DNA of 64,000 nt from Octopus vulgaris (taxonomy: Eukaryota), in contig OX597832.1 of the NCBI GenBank assembly GCA_951406725.2, positions 38,254,001 to 38,318,000 of the forward strand, read 5' to 3'. The position numbers were made by a program, and so were the translations under genes. Of the stretch, positions 1 to 15,602 are shown piece by piece (positions within the stretch are counted from its first letter, which is position 1; each line of letters opens with the position of its first letter). The notes below the pieces were generated by a model. The model was not told the DNA's origin. It saw nothing but the letters and a program-made list of their open reading frames with translations, and ran no database searches.

Positions 1-180
1 CTTTTAGTTATGACATTTTGTTGTGATATTTTGATTTCAAAACTGGCAAATTCAAATTTGATACGTCATACCTCCGGAACCAATAAAATAAATTACCTGT
101 TAAGTATTGGAATCGATTTAACCGTTTAGTACTCTTCACCATTATCAGGCGTTACATCTATATTACAAACATTCAGAACA

Positions 181-345
181 GGGCGTTGGATTGGTAAAAT
201 CTGTAGAGCGCCAGTAATGCCTTATGGTATTTGGTCTGCTCTGCGTCCAAATTCACCGACGTCGACTTTACTTTTCATTCTTTTGAGCTCGATAAAATTT
301 GGTCGATCCCAGTCAACTTCTGGAATAGATGTAATCCACTTATTC
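181..345 (+). mobile_element. Degenerate tRNA-derived SINE, family A
   Basis: Diverged match to the family A core (caaattcaccgacgtcgactttacttttcattcttttgagctcgataaaat) seen intact at 4971-5200. Confidence 0.6.
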
Positions 346-1099
346 CACCCCACTTGTAGTTGCTGGGTTTGTTCCAAAATCCGAAGCGATTATTTTTTTT
401 ATACCACATTCTTCACAGTAAGATCAGTTAATTAGCATCTAGTCCATTCATTAACTACAGCTGCTCTACTCCATGTCGTTCCTGAATGAGAACCCTGTGA
501 AGAGAGGCTCTCTAGCAATGACCATTACGCCTTTCTAGCTTTCTGGAAAGTAGAAAGAAAACACAACAAAATAACGATGAGTTAACAATATACGATGAAG
601 ACTACATTGTCAGTGAGAGATGGCTACCATCTAAAACCATCATCAGAGTGTAGCGAAACTAAATCAATAATACGAAACATTTTATTTTGTCAACCTGTCT
701 ACCTTCACAGCCATTTATTTCTACTACCTTAATAAAGGAGAGAATGAGGTAATAGAATAGCAAAAAAGCATTAGCAACAACTAGTTATCTGTTTCAGTGT
801 ATAGCCATTTGTGGAGTAGGTAACTCTCTGATATGGCTTAATAGCTGTATTACTTAGTTGCAAGAGGGTTGAAAGCATTATTTTGTTTTGATTTATCCAT
901 AAAAATACAAGGTATGATCAATGACTTTTGAAGGATCTCAACGGACCCACCGCTGTGTGACGCAATGAATCTTTTAGAGGAACATTGTAAATCACAGCAT
1001 CTGATCAGACTTATCTTTTCTGTAGGTGTTTTATCATCTGTATGTCTATTACGGCTATTGATCTGCGCGCGTCTCTACATGCTTGTATCTATGTACTCA

Positions 1100-1590
<491 letters not shown>

Positions 1591-2138
1591 CTGATATATT
1601 GTGCGTTTCATTGTTTGTGTGTTTATTTCTCTCGGTATTATCACCGGAAAACATAAATGTAGCCCATCATAAGATGTTTGGAACGGTGTCCTCCTTACTC
1701 TATGTATATGTAGACGTGTGTGTATGTGTGTAAAAATATATATATGTGTGTGTACATATATATATATGTGTGTGTGTGTATGTGCGTGCGTATGTGTGTG
1801 TGTGTGCATGTGTGTGTGTGCATGTGTGTGTGTATGTTTTGCACGTCGACCGGATTTCTGGTTGGCAGGATTGAAACGTAGCTAATGGTAAAGTATTCCG
1901 CTTCTTTGTAGGTATACACGGCTTGCTTGCATGACGTTACTTCACATCCGGCTAATACACATTCACACAAAGACATAGAGATAATCACACACATTTAATA
2001 TCCAAGTATGTAATATATGCATGTATGAAATGTATGTATGTGTGTGTGCATATAAATTCATATATATATATATATATACATATATATATTCTTACGTATT
2101 TACTTGTACATATATCTTGATCTGTATGCACTACTACA

Positions 2139-2213
<75 letters not shown>

Positions 2214-2274
2214 ATAATATAATATTATATATATATATATGTATACATCATATATATATATATATATATGCTTT

Positions 2275-2317
<43 letters not shown>

Positions 2318-2939
2318 TTATATCTATATATACACATCTATATTTATCTAGCATGATCATTTATATTTACCTGTTAAGTCTATGTATATGTATGTATGTA
2401 TGTTTGTATGTATGTATGAATCTATCTATCTATCTAGTTATCTATCTATGCATACATACATATATGTGTATATATATTTACATCCATATATATCTAGTGC
2501 AATCTATATATGTTTCTCGTTAGGGTAAGTATCTGCATATATATATGCATGCATATATGTGTATACATATATATGTATGCAAGTACGAATGTATGTATGT
2601 ATGTATGTATGTATGTATGTATATATACTGTTGTGACATGTGTGTCTAGATGTCTAGATACACACACATTCATTCAAACATTCGTTGTAGTAATACAGAC
2701 TAGACACTTACCACTCACTCACCGAAGTTTTAGTATATTACATATTACTGAATTTTCACTTTGCCAAACAACTGTTCAATGAAGGAACCTGTTCTATTGT
2801 CCCGCTTGTCATATGTTTGATGGCGAACAGAGAAATATGCCAACTCAGTGATGTAATTTTTTGATAATGGACGTATAGAATAGAACAAGGAAGTACATAT
2901 TCATTGCCGCAAGAGCAGACAAATTTAGTGATGTAATCG

Positions 2940-3005
<66 letters not shown>

Positions 3006-3309
3006 AGAGGCATGCACACACACACATTTAAAGAATCGCAGATGCAGGCAGCAACATCAGACTCCCTCATTCATCGAATGCTAGTCAACAGAAGTGGAAG
3101 TGTACCAAAGCAAACAGCGGTGTCCCAGCATGGCCGCAGCTATCGGGCTGGAACTACAAAAGAATATATATATATATAAACATACATACTCTGGCCCTGA
3201 AAGAGTAGGAAATTGAAGTATTTCCAAAATAGCACTATTTTATTTTAGCATTTGTTTAATTTTAAATCTAATTTCATTTTATTTTTACTCAGGTATTATA
3301 TGTTTCCCT

Positions 3310-3575
3310 TTATTGTCTTACTGTATACTCTGTATACTTTCTAAACATCGATCATTCAAAAATGTAACTACCTATGGATTGTTGGCGATGTTTTTCCTCC
3401 ATCTTTCCTCCATATTTTGTACTTTCTTTTGTCTCCTGATTTTGAAGAAGAGCTTCGCACGAAACGTAAAACACTTTCTTTCCTTCCCAGAGCGTCTTAT
3501 TAATTCCTTGCATGTACCATGTCCTCACATTGTTGTCTTTTTTTCTTGTTCTGTTTTTCTCCCTTTTTTTGATTA
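3310..3575 (+). mobile_element. Penelope-like terminal-repeat fragment with degenerate hammerhead core
   Basis: ttgaagaa-gagc-ttc-gcac-gaaacgta at about 3440-3471; downstream organisation resembles the reverse complements of 18591-18790 and 29965-30170. Confidence 0.5.
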
Positions 3576-3691
3576 ATTACATATGTATATACATAGTTTT
3601 TCTTTCGTTTCATTATACATAAACACCCTTACTTAATGCCTGATTTTGTACTGTATCTCTCATCTATCGCCCTGGGGGCAAATAAGAGAAA

Positions 3692-3840
<149 letters not shown>

Positions 3841-4190
3841 GTTATAATTCAGTCAGTCACTAAGTATGCGTATATGTACATCTATAATAGGGGCACAGTG
3901 CATTCACAACCCATACATAAACATACTCCCATACAGACACGCATTCAAAGCAATGATTAATAATTTTACGAAACCGGTATGCTTTTGAATCTCTCTAACA
4001 ATTCACAATAATGACTTTTATTACTTTTATTCCTACCTCAGTTCATCTAATTGTATACATCTCTCGTTACATTTCATAAAGTGCCTTTACATTTTTTGAT
4101 TTCCAATGTGCATTTTCGCTTATTTTTCTTCCTACTTTCCCCTTACATTTCCACGTGTAATTTCTATTTTCTTTTTGTAACGTATTTCTT

Positions 4191-4253
<63 letters not shown>

Positions 4254-4256
<3 letters not shown>

Positions 4257-4408
4257 GAGTAAACACATAAATGTGAAACAATGTGGAAAAAAGAGTACTC
4301 AAATACCAGTGGTAGAGTAATATGCTTTATTTAAAGTAGCAGAAAATTCAACAAACCCTGTTACTCTGAGGTTTTGTTGAATTTTCTGCTGATTTAAATA
4401 AAGTATAT
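4254..4408 (-). mobile_element. Short fold-back element in (TA)n, probable Penelope-like derivative
   Basis: Inverted arms atgctttatttaaagtagcagaaaattcaacaaacc / ggttttgttgaattttctgctgatttaaataaagtat (about 4322-4406); (TA)n on both sides; shares gtactcaa...agagtaa...tttatt with 11171-11345. Confidence 0.6.
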
Positions 4409-4970
4409 ATATATATATATATATTTATGTATGTATGTATATATGTAGGAATACACACACACACACGCACAAACACACACTTATATGTTAAAATGTGGAG
4501 AGGATGTGATTTGTCATATTTACAATAAACTTGCATCACATACCATCATTCGGCAATCTGAAATTTTGCCGGAAAGAATTTGCAAAGCTGGCGAACAGTA
4601 AGTTGGAACCAGGAAACGCGCGATTACCAACAGAACATGTAACCCACACAAAGGTGGCTCTACTGTAAACACTTATCAGTTAGTGTGAATGTTGTGTGTG
4701 TATTTGTTTGTTTTTGTTGATGTATTCTACATTAAACGAGTATCAGTATCCCCGTATTATTGTGATTCGGTAATTTGGCGTGAGAGCCGACGTAATATCA
4801 CAGACGAGATTTAATGGGAGGAGATGACTATCAGACACATCTTAACAGGGGAGAATATATGTGTTGTGTATACGTGTGTTTGTGCTGGGTTTTGTCAGTG
4901 ATCCTATGTTCTTGTGTGTGTGTGTGAGAGTGTACATATATATATATATGTATAAATATGTATATATATA

Positions 4971-5200
4971 TTTCTTTACTACCCAAAAGGGGCTAAACAC
5001 AGAGGGGACAAACAAGGACAGACAAAGGGATTAAGTCGATTACATCGACCCCAGTGCGTAACTGGTACTTAATTTATCGACCCCGAAAGGATGAAAGGCA
5101 AAGTCGACCTCGGCGGAATTTGAACTCGGAACGTAACGACAGACGAAATACGGCTACGCAGGTCGCCCGGCGTGCTAACGTTTCTGCCAGCTCGCCGCCT
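4971..5200 (-). mobile_element. tRNA-derived SINE, family A, full length
   Basis: Minus strand: GGCGGCGAGCTGGCAGAA (A-box like) ... GAGTTCAAATTCCGCC (B-box like), core GCCTTTCATCCTTTCGGGGTCGATAAATTAAGTACCAG, tail ...GTAGTAAAGAAATA; many near-identical copies in the window. Confidence 0.9.
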
Positions 5201-5249
5201 TTATATGTATATATATGTATATATATATATATATAAATATATATATATT

Positions 5250-5339
<90 letters not shown>

Positions 5340-5348
5340 ATATATATA

Positions 5349-5385
<37 letters not shown>

Positions 5386-6131
5386 TTATATCTATATGTA
5401 TATGTATTTATATATATATGTATATATATTTATATATATATATATCAAAATATATGCATATGTGCACATGTGTATAAATACATATGTATGCATATATATA
5501 TATGTATGTATGCGTTTGCTGCATTTTTACACACACATACACATATATGTGCAGAGAAAGGCAGAGAATGAAGGAATTACATACAGATACATAGGTCTGT
5601 GCGAGTGTGGATGTGTATGTGTATACCTGTGTGTGCGTCTGTGTGTGTTTGTGTTTGTGTGGGTGCATGTTTGGGTGAGTGGGTGTGTACACGACAGCAT
5701 AAATGTAGCAGTACTTATGATATGTATGTAGAATAATTGGCGCGAATATGTTATACACACAGAGAATACATGAATGTGTAAATTACATAACAATATGTTT
5801 ACGAGATGAGATGATGTGAGAAAAGATGGGTCTGTTTGATTCTTCAGCATTTTGAAATCATGGTTGAATGCGTGTGTGCGTTTGTAACAGTCTTTCTGCG
5901 CGCGTGTGGGAGAGGTGTATTATTTATATATATGTATATACACACACATATACATATATATGTAGGTATGTACATATATGTATGTATATATGCGTATATA
6001 TTATTTATATTATATGTGTATATATATATATATATAGTATGTGTATGTGTGTATGAGTACATATATATATATGTACGTATGTATATATGTAAATGCATAC
6101 ACATACATCTATATACATGTATACACACATA

Positions 6132-6172
<41 letters not shown>

Positions 6173-6200
6173 TGTTTTTTTTTGCAAGATTTTTGATGTG

Positions 6201-6257
<57 letters not shown>

Positions 6258-6851
6258 CAGATAGACAGACAGACAGACAGGCAGACAGACAGAGAAAGAG
6301 GGAGAGAGAGAAAGAGGAATGTATGAATATATATATGTATAAATTATATATGTGCATATATGTTTATATTTGTATGTACATAAATATATTTACATTCATA
6401 AATATGCCCACATGCCTATGCTTATGTGTATGTGTGCATGTGTGTGCGTGTGCGTGCGTATTTGCATATATATATACACACACAAATATATATATATATA
6501 AATATATACCATATATCTATGCACATACATACATACATACATACATACATACATACATACATACATACATACGTACATACATGTGGTGATTGTGTTGTGT
6601 GTGCGTATGTATGGGTGCGGATAGGAACGGATAAGTGGGTGGCTGGCATGAAATCATCAAAGTCATAGAAACCCATAGATTTAATGTTATTACCACTTGT
6701 AGGATAACCCTCATTACGAAGGGCAGCCATTGTGTAAATGAGAATGTATCTCTCTGTACGTATTTATGTATGTATATAATGATGAACGTATATGCATGTA
6801 TGCGTGTAAGTATATATGTAAATATATACACATCCACACACATACATATAT

Positions 6852-6933
<82 letters not shown>

Positions 6934-6934
6934 C

Positions 6935-7011
<77 letters not shown>

Positions 7012-7284
7012 CATATATGTTTGTGTGTGTGTGTATTTGTGTTATATCATTGTGTTAGTACGTGTGTGTGTTTAGTACGATGGTATCACTGTAGCCTACA
7101 TGAGAACCAGGCGCTGGTGTGTTTCGGCTGATGGTTCAGTGTAGGGCTGTGTCAGTGACAAGGCTGAACAACGTATCACAATATCACTTAACCACATCGC
7201 TTTATTGAAGCGGTTCACACATGTATGGTGAGATAGATACCCTGGCGTATGTGTGTGTTAATGTTTATCTATCTATCTATCTAC

Positions 7285-7361
<77 letters not shown>

Positions 7362-7457
7362 CATCTATCTATCTATCTACCTACCTATCTATAAATCTAT
7401 CGCTATGTATATATGCAAATACACACACACACACGCAGATATAAGTGTGTATGTATG

Positions 7458-7495
<38 letters not shown>

Positions 7496-7573
7496 TCATA
7501 CATGGTAATTGTGTTTTTGCTATATATATTATATATGTAATAATATTTATGTATGTGTATATAGAATACACAT

Positions 7574-7617
<44 letters not shown>

Positions 7618-8051
7618 TGTGTGTGTGTGTTTATATACCGACACACAAACATGTGCCTCAAATGAAGTTGATACTTAACCATTACTTTAATTCTAATGTT
7701 GCCGATAGTCAGACGATCGTGAAAAATGGTCATGAAATTCAGTGTATCTCTATATATATTAAGCTCATTTTAGATTGTTTCAATAACTCAGTTATGATTA
7801 AGAATGAACAACAATGATTAACTGAACTGGAATCGCATTTGTTGATAATATAAACCCTTATTTAAAAACCGTTAAGTTGATAGCTTTAAGTGAGAACAAT
7901 GATATTGTGTGAAAGTATATTCGCTTTGAGAAACTGTATGTGCGTGTATCAGACAATAATGAATTTTAGAGAGAATGAAAGAATTTGATTTTCGCGGTTG
8001 TTTCAATTCAAAAAGTTTAAGTGACATAACGTGCCTTACCAGTGCGTTTCA

Positions 8052-8142
<91 letters not shown>

Positions 8143-8329
8143 TATATATACATTCATATACACACACATATATACATACACATATATATACATGTTTATA
8201 TAATTACAAATGTATGTGTATATATGATCGTGTGTATGAAGGTAAGTATGATGCATGTGTGTATGCATGTATTTATGTATGTATCTCTATCTAAATTTAT
8301 TTATCTCTCTTGGTATCTATCTGTCCATG

Positions 8330-8418
<89 letters not shown>

Positions 8419-8611
8419 AACACATATGTATATATACATATATATATGTATATATTTACATATATTAGATAGAAACAGATATGCATATATGTGTATATAT
8501 ATATATGCATATATATTCTTATATATACATATGTATATAAATGTATATACATATGTATGTGTATATATATATATTCGTATTAAATATGAAATATATATAT
8601 ATGCATATACG

Positions 8612-8720
8612 TCGCAACTTATTTCTACAGTTGAGGGAACTGGAGCAATGTGAAATAAAGTGTCTTGCTCAAGAACAGAACACACCGTCCGGGAATCGAC
8701 TCACTACTTCATGATTGAAC
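8612..8720 (-). mobile_element. SINE family C, 5' fragment
   Basis: Reverse complement matches 49860-49945 (gtgttcttgagcaagacactttatttcac...ctccagtt...ctgtagaaat). Confidence 0.75.
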
Positions 8721-8802
8721 CATGTATCTTCACACTTAAACATGCGCACACCACACACACAAACACTCACACACATATACGCACACACACATATATATAA
8801 GA

Positions 8803-8920
8803 AGGCTAGCGAGAATGGCCAACTGCTGGTCTACCATAAACGGTCTTGCCTGGTGTTATGCCTTGGATGGGAAATTTCCAAGTGCAATCCCACGGTCATT
8901 CATGACCGAAGTGGGTCTTT
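8803..8920 (+). mobile_element. SINE family C, 3' fragment
   Basis: Matches 50015-50130 (actgctggtct...gtgcaatcccacggtcattcatgaccgaag). Confidence 0.7.
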
Positions 8921-8932
8921 ACTCCGTAAATA

Positions 8933-9017
<85 letters not shown>

Positions 9018-9030
9018 TAATAATAATAAT

Positions 9031-9259
9031 AAAGGGCAAAATTAATTAATTAATTAACTAGTAATTAATAATTCCACCCAGTAGAATTCGGCATGTTAAA
9101 AGGACCATTTTTCGGTAAACATAAACAATATTTTATAATTACGAGTATAATTTTAATTAGGGTTCAGCAAAGATTTGCTTTACCGCATAAAGTTCGGTAT
9201 GGGGTAAAGCAAATCTTTCCTGAACCCTAATTATAACTATACTCGTAATTATAAAATAT

Positions 9260-9261
<2 letters not shown>
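9031..9261 (-). mobile_element. Short fold-back element between (TAA)n and (TA)n
   Basis: About 64-bp inverted arms at 9126-9189 and 9198-9261; the unpaired left part is homologous to 50156-50245. Confidence 0.7.
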
Positions 9262-9302
<41 letters not shown>

Positions 9303-9428
9303 CACCCTTGCCAGACTGGTAGATATTTTTGGCATTATGACTAGTATAATAATTCATTTTATGTATTTTGCAATACTAATATTAAATGTATATACATACA
9401 TATATATATATATATATAAACATAGATA

Positions 9429-9478
<50 letters not shown>

Positions 9479-9869
9479 TACATAATACATATATATATGC
9501 ATATGTGTATGTGTATGCTTGTGTGTATATTAATACACACATATAACTATTTATATGCATATATGTACTATGTGTACTATTATCCATATACTTATTCATT
9601 TAAGAATATATGTACTTTTGTATATATATATATATTCACGCATCATATACACCGTCATAACGCAATAGATATACAGAATATTACACTAATTAAGAACAAT
9701 GATACTATATAATTAACATAATTATTTCAACTCTAATGAACTAATGATAACAATTGAAAATATTTATGTTTACATATTTCCTGTTTTTGCTGTGTGATTT
9801 TTGATCTCCGACATTCATAACAGGCAAATATTTTAATTATAATTCAATAATAAATTCCAATTTAATATA

Positions 9870-10125
9870 CAGCTCACCTATCTGTAAGTAGGCATCATAG
9901 GGTGGCATAATTCACCAAACTAAACATCCACTACAGGGTAGCACTGTCTGCCTAAGTTTTAATTAGCAGAGCAATGGGTGGTGGAGTTCACCGCAGTCAG
10001 CAGGTACTACCGAGTCGTACAGTGTACCTTAGTTGTAAGTAGACTCCATAGCGAGTGTATAATTCACCGATGTTAAGTGGATAAAGTAGGACTTTGAAAT
10101 CAGGTAGTACAGCGTAACTTACTTC
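9870..10125. repeat. Degenerate minisatellite, about 37-38 bp unit with about 75 bp higher-order period
   Basis: Recurring tgtaagtag...catag...taattcacc and gtagca/gtcgta/gtagta motifs at about 75-bp spacing. Confidence 0.55.
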
Positions 10126-10999
10126 ATTGGAAGTATGTACCAGTGTGTATATGAAGTGGATGTGTGGCTATAATTAATTGCCAAAAGCTGCTACTGTCGA
10201 TATATGCAATCAATGAAGGCTAAGTCTTAAGGTAAAGGGCAACATTATCTTGAATACATATTTCTTTCTAAGACCGTATGATGTGATTTGAGATTTGCTG
10301 CTCTTTCTAAAAGACCGAGAGACAGGCAGAAATATACTCACCGGTTTTAATGGACGATTTTGAGCCATTCACACTGACGTGTGTGTCACGTCCCAGAAGC
10401 AGTCTCACTTTGTCTGAGTGACCGCACAGCTAAGAAAGAAAAAAAGACTTTAAGAGACCGGCAAAGGGCACACTCGTTGGCTCTAAACGGCTTTCTACAG
10501 GCATAATCGAAGGCTTCAAGTGACTTCATCGAAGTACTATCATTGACTTATATCTTAAGTAATGCGATTTACCACTGTAAGCATACGTCAGTTGTAACTG
10601 ACAATTATCTTGTTAGCACTGGCAGTGCTAAGTTCAATTCCTTCTGCAATGAAAGGCTACTTACTTTAAACTATCGCCTCATTCAATATCAAGTTTTTCT
10701 GCCATTTATTTAGGTCTACGTGAAGTGGAGATGAAAAACGGAAACATTAATCGGTGCATTCTCTTAGAAAAGAAACAATGGGTTAATCTTTCACCAATTG
10801 ATGAATCAAAATGCACATACATAAGTTTATTTTTCTCTCTCCCTCTCCCTCTCTGCAAGACACGCGCGCGCGCGCGGACGCGTGTGTGTGTTCATAAACT
10901 TGGCGGCTATAAATTCCATGTGCAATTTAAAATATTTGTAGATTTGTAACTATACATGACAGAATTGAATTTCACACGGACTTCATTGACACTCGGTAT

Positions 11000-11112
11000 C
11001 GAAATTGCGAAGATGATCCGGTTCTTGACTGAAGATTAGAGGCTTCGAATGACCCGTCCGTTTTTTGTGTCCTCTATTTGAATGTTTTGCGCTCTTGTCC
11101 CATTTTGTATTT
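11000..11112 (+). repeat. Interspersed repeat fragment, second copy at 35873-35975
   Basis: Shared cgaaattgcga(a/g)gatgatccggttcttgactgaagatt...ttttgcg(c/t)tcttgtcccattt. Confidence 0.75.
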
Positions 11113-11170
11113 TATATATATATTTTTTATACATATACATATATATATTTTATATATATATATATATATG

Positions 11171-11345
11171 TAGGTCTCGGGTTGAGTCGGGGTTAACCAC
11201 AGTAAATAAGGTACTCAATATATGGCAGAGTAAATTAATTTATTTTATAGAAGGAGTTCTACAGGACTAGAACTGTTTCATTCAAATGATTTCATTTGAA
11301 TGAAACAGTTCTAGTCCTGTAGAAGCTCCTTCTATAAAATAAAAT
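11171..11345 (-). mobile_element. Short fold-back element in (TA)n with near-perfect 51-bp-arm hairpin
   Basis: Arms at 11239-11289 and 11292-11343 with a 2-nt loop; each arm contains GAAA-cagttctag-TC, resembling the 3' half of a hammerhead. Confidence 0.7.
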
Positions 11346-11349
11346 AAAA

Positions 11350-11389
<40 letters not shown>

Positions 11390-11410
11390 TATATATATAA
11401 CTTGAAATAA

Positions 11411-11527
<117 letters not shown>

Positions 11528-11991
11528 TTGTATATATGTATATATATTTGTATATATGTATCTATATGTATGTATGTGTGTATGTATATATTTACACACA
11601 CACACACATCTATCATTTGGTATATTCTATATTATTTTTACAATAACATCAACAAAAAACGAAAATTCAAACGCCACTCCAGGTAAAAGAAAACTCTGAA
11701 AGAATCTCATTGATACGTTCTTATATGACTAACCAACGCATTCTGCTCTCGTCTGGCCAAAATTAAGTCCATTAAAACAACTTTATGGAATTAACTTCTG
11801 TTAGGATTCCACTGTATTTCTTTTACAAGTACAACTGATGCCAACGAATAACAAACACACGAACAGAACTAGAAATAATAACATCTATATATCGTATATA
11901 TTTTATTATGCTATCTCATATCATATTATGATATAAGTTTACACGCACACACACATACACATATAAGCACACGCACGAACACACAAATGTA

Positions 11992-12039
<48 letters not shown>

Positions 12040-12230
12040 TATACATAGAAGTACGGACACATTATATATATATATATACATATATATATACATATATATA
12101 TATGCATATATATATATATATATGTATGTGTGTGTATAATATATATATATATATTTATATTTATATATACATATAAATATATATATATGTATATATAATA
12201 TATATATTTATATTTATATATATATATATA

Positions 12231-12291
<61 letters not shown>

Positions 12292-13135
12292 TGTATTAAT
12301 AAAAACAAGCGAAAAATGCGAAAAAGTGAGAAAAGCTAACAAAAAAACAACACACATACACACATATGCGGAAACACACATACACCCTAACGCACGCATA
12401 CACGTAAACACCCCTTTATCACAACAACAACAACAACAACAGTAATAACAAAATCGCAAACAAAAACAAAGAAAAACTAAAACACAAGTAAAAAAGAAGG
12501 AAACAACTGCACAAAAAAATATGAGAGAGAGAGAGAGAGAGAGAAGGAACTCGCCAGAATCGTTCTGGCTGTCCAAGTGTGTTTAGATTTGTTCTAATTA
12601 AAACGTAGATGGCGCCGCTTGTCTGTTGTGTTCGGCTAATGCAGTCGGTGATGGTGTCTTGAACAAACATGTAACATGTAGAATCAAAACAAGTGTTGGG
12701 CACACACTATCAATGAACCATGCACCGTTCGTCTTCATAATACAAAAACCCACTACCACCATTGCCATCGGCAGCATCACCACCACCACCACCATCGCCG
12801 CCGCTACCATCATCTTCTCATCCTAACGCATCGTCAACATCATCATCATCAGCATCACCGTCAGTACCGTTGTTTCGAAACATCATCATCATCATCATCA
12901 CCATCACCAGCAGCAGCAGCAGCAGCAGTAGCATCGGCAGCAACAGCATCAACATCCTACGTCTTCACGTATTCACTACTCACATCTTTGCATCTTTGCA
13001 TCGTGCATCTCTTGTAACACTAGTAATTAAGGTTCCTATGTATAATATATATAGTTTCTTGAGGTATATATGTGTGTGTGTGCGAGTGTGTTTATATATG
13101 TATGTATATATACACACAAACACACACACACACAC

Positions 13136-13186
<51 letters not shown>

Positions 13187-13388
13187 ATATATACTCGTGT
13201 TAGTGTATGTATATATAATGTTTATATACATATAATACATACACAGAAAATATGTATATATTATACATATTTTAATACATGTGAAAATACAAACATAGTT
13301 ATAGATAAATGCTTATACTCACACGCACATAAAAAATAACACAGATGGGTTCGTACCTGACTCGCTGAGATCCTGAAAATTTTATTAC

Positions 13389-13438
<50 letters not shown>

Positions 13439-13578
13439 CTTGATAGATAGATAGATAGTTAGATAAATAGAAAGACATATATATGTATGCATACATGTAT
13501 ATATATGTATGTAATGTATATATATAGATAGATAGTTATACATTACATACATATATATATATATATTAATACACATAA

Positions 13579-13703
<125 letters not shown>

Positions 13704-13969
13704 CGGAGATATAGTTATATATTTACATGAATGTATACATATCAGCATAAAAGTATATATTCTCCCTAAATGCAATCTGGTACTTTTTTTGATGATAGAT
13801 AATATTTCTCCATTTTTCACTTTCTTACTGCATTATCAATTTCACCTCGAAATGTCTGTTTTACACACACACACAATCATACGCGCACGTACGTGTACAT
13901 GTATACGCACAAGCTGCATATATGCATACATACATGCATATTTACATATATATTTATTTACATTATCAT

Positions 13970-14005
<36 letters not shown>

Positions 14006-14036
14006 CACACATTTATATATATATATGTGTATATAT

Positions 14037-14195
14037 AGGAGTAGCTGTTTGGTAAGTAGCTTGTTTACCAACCACATGGTTCCGGGTTCAGTCCCACTGC
14101 GTGGCACCTTGGGTAAGTGTCTTCTAATATACCTCGGGCCGACCAAAGCCTTGTGAGTGGATTTGGTAGACGGAAACGGAAAGAAGCCTATCGTA

Positions 14196-14255
<60 letters not shown>

Positions 14256-14484
14256 TGTGTGTGTGTGTTTGTGTGTCTGTATTTGTCCCCCTAGCATTGC
14301 TTGACAAACGATGCTGGTGTGTTTATGTCCCCGTTACTTATCGGTTCGGCAAAAGAGACCGATAAAATAAGTACTGGGCTTACAAAAAAATAAGTCCTGG
14401 GATCGATTTGCTCGATTAAAGGCGGTGCTCCAGCATGGCCGCAGTCAAATGACTGAAACAAGTAAAAGAGTAAAGAGTAAGAGT
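14037..14484 (+). mobile_element. tRNA-derived CORE-type SINE, family B (octopus OR-like), full length with internal (TA)n(TG)n
   Basis: tRNA-like head (tggtaagtagc...ggttcagtccc), CORE-like gtggcaccttgggtaagtgtctt, internal microsatellite, (aagagt)n tail. Confidence 0.88.
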
Positions 14485-15300
14485 ATATATATATATATAT
14501 AATATATAAATAAATATAAATAAATATATATATATATATGTAAGGAATATTCCTCAACTGACACAAAGTAATAGGCATGTACTCTGAGCGATTGGTCTGG
14601 TTTACCATGAAAACTCCATAGCTACACTTATACGTATGCCATTATATACATATATCCACAAACGCATATGTGCATAGATATATGTAATGCCTGTATATAC
14701 ACACATATACACTCGAACGCAGTACATATGATATTCTACACTGTTTGATTCTTTTCTGACCACATGACCACACCTTAAACGAAACGACTTGCTATATGTG
14801 TGTGAGTGTGTGTGTGCATGTGCGTGTATATATATATATATATGTATATAGATGTATATATATATTTATATAGGTATGTATATATATGTATATATGTTTA
14901 TGTATATATATACATATATACAAATATATGTATATGTAACTATATATATATACATACATATATCTATGTATGTGTAAATATATATATATGTATATATAAT
15001 ATATATACTTATATATATTTATATACATGTATATGTATATTGATAGATGTATGTGTGTGTGTATAAATATATATAAGGTACTTATGTAGCTATACATACG
15101 TCTGTATCTATGTATATAACACAACAGGAATCTGTGGCTTATATATAGTCATATTTTTTCTGTAAGCTAATATATCTCGTCACTGTTTACAGCCAAATTA
15201 AACTTTGCTTTCACAAATACAATATTGATGAACACTGACAATTAGAACAATATCATATGTCACAGATTCTATGGTTATTATTGTAAGTTATAATTTGTCC

Positions 15301-15368
<68 letters not shown>

Positions 15369-15370
15369 GA

Positions 15371-15590
15371 AGGTGTCGAGCTAGCAGAATCGTTACTGCG
15401 GTGTAAAAAACAAAAAGTGCTTAGCGATATTTCTTCCGATTTCTGGGTTCAAATACTGCTGCGGTCGACGTTGCCTTTCATCCTTTCGGAGCGGGTAAAA
15501 TAAGTACCAATTGAGTACGGAGGTCTATGTAATCGACTTAACCCCGCCTACAAAATTTCAGTTCTTCCGCCTTTAGCAGAAACCATTATT
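15371..15590 (+). mobile_element. SINE family A, alternative-tail variant, diverged
   Basis: Head gagctagcagaatcgtt, core gcctttcatcctttcgg, tail aaaatttcag...gcagaaaccattatt; preceded by (TTA)n. Confidence 0.8.
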
Positions 15591-15602
15591 ATAATTATTA
15601 CT

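Noticed and set aside
5054-5236. Recurring peptide [26 protein letters not shown] in several ORFs
   Set aside because: Antisense translation of SINE family A, not a protein family.
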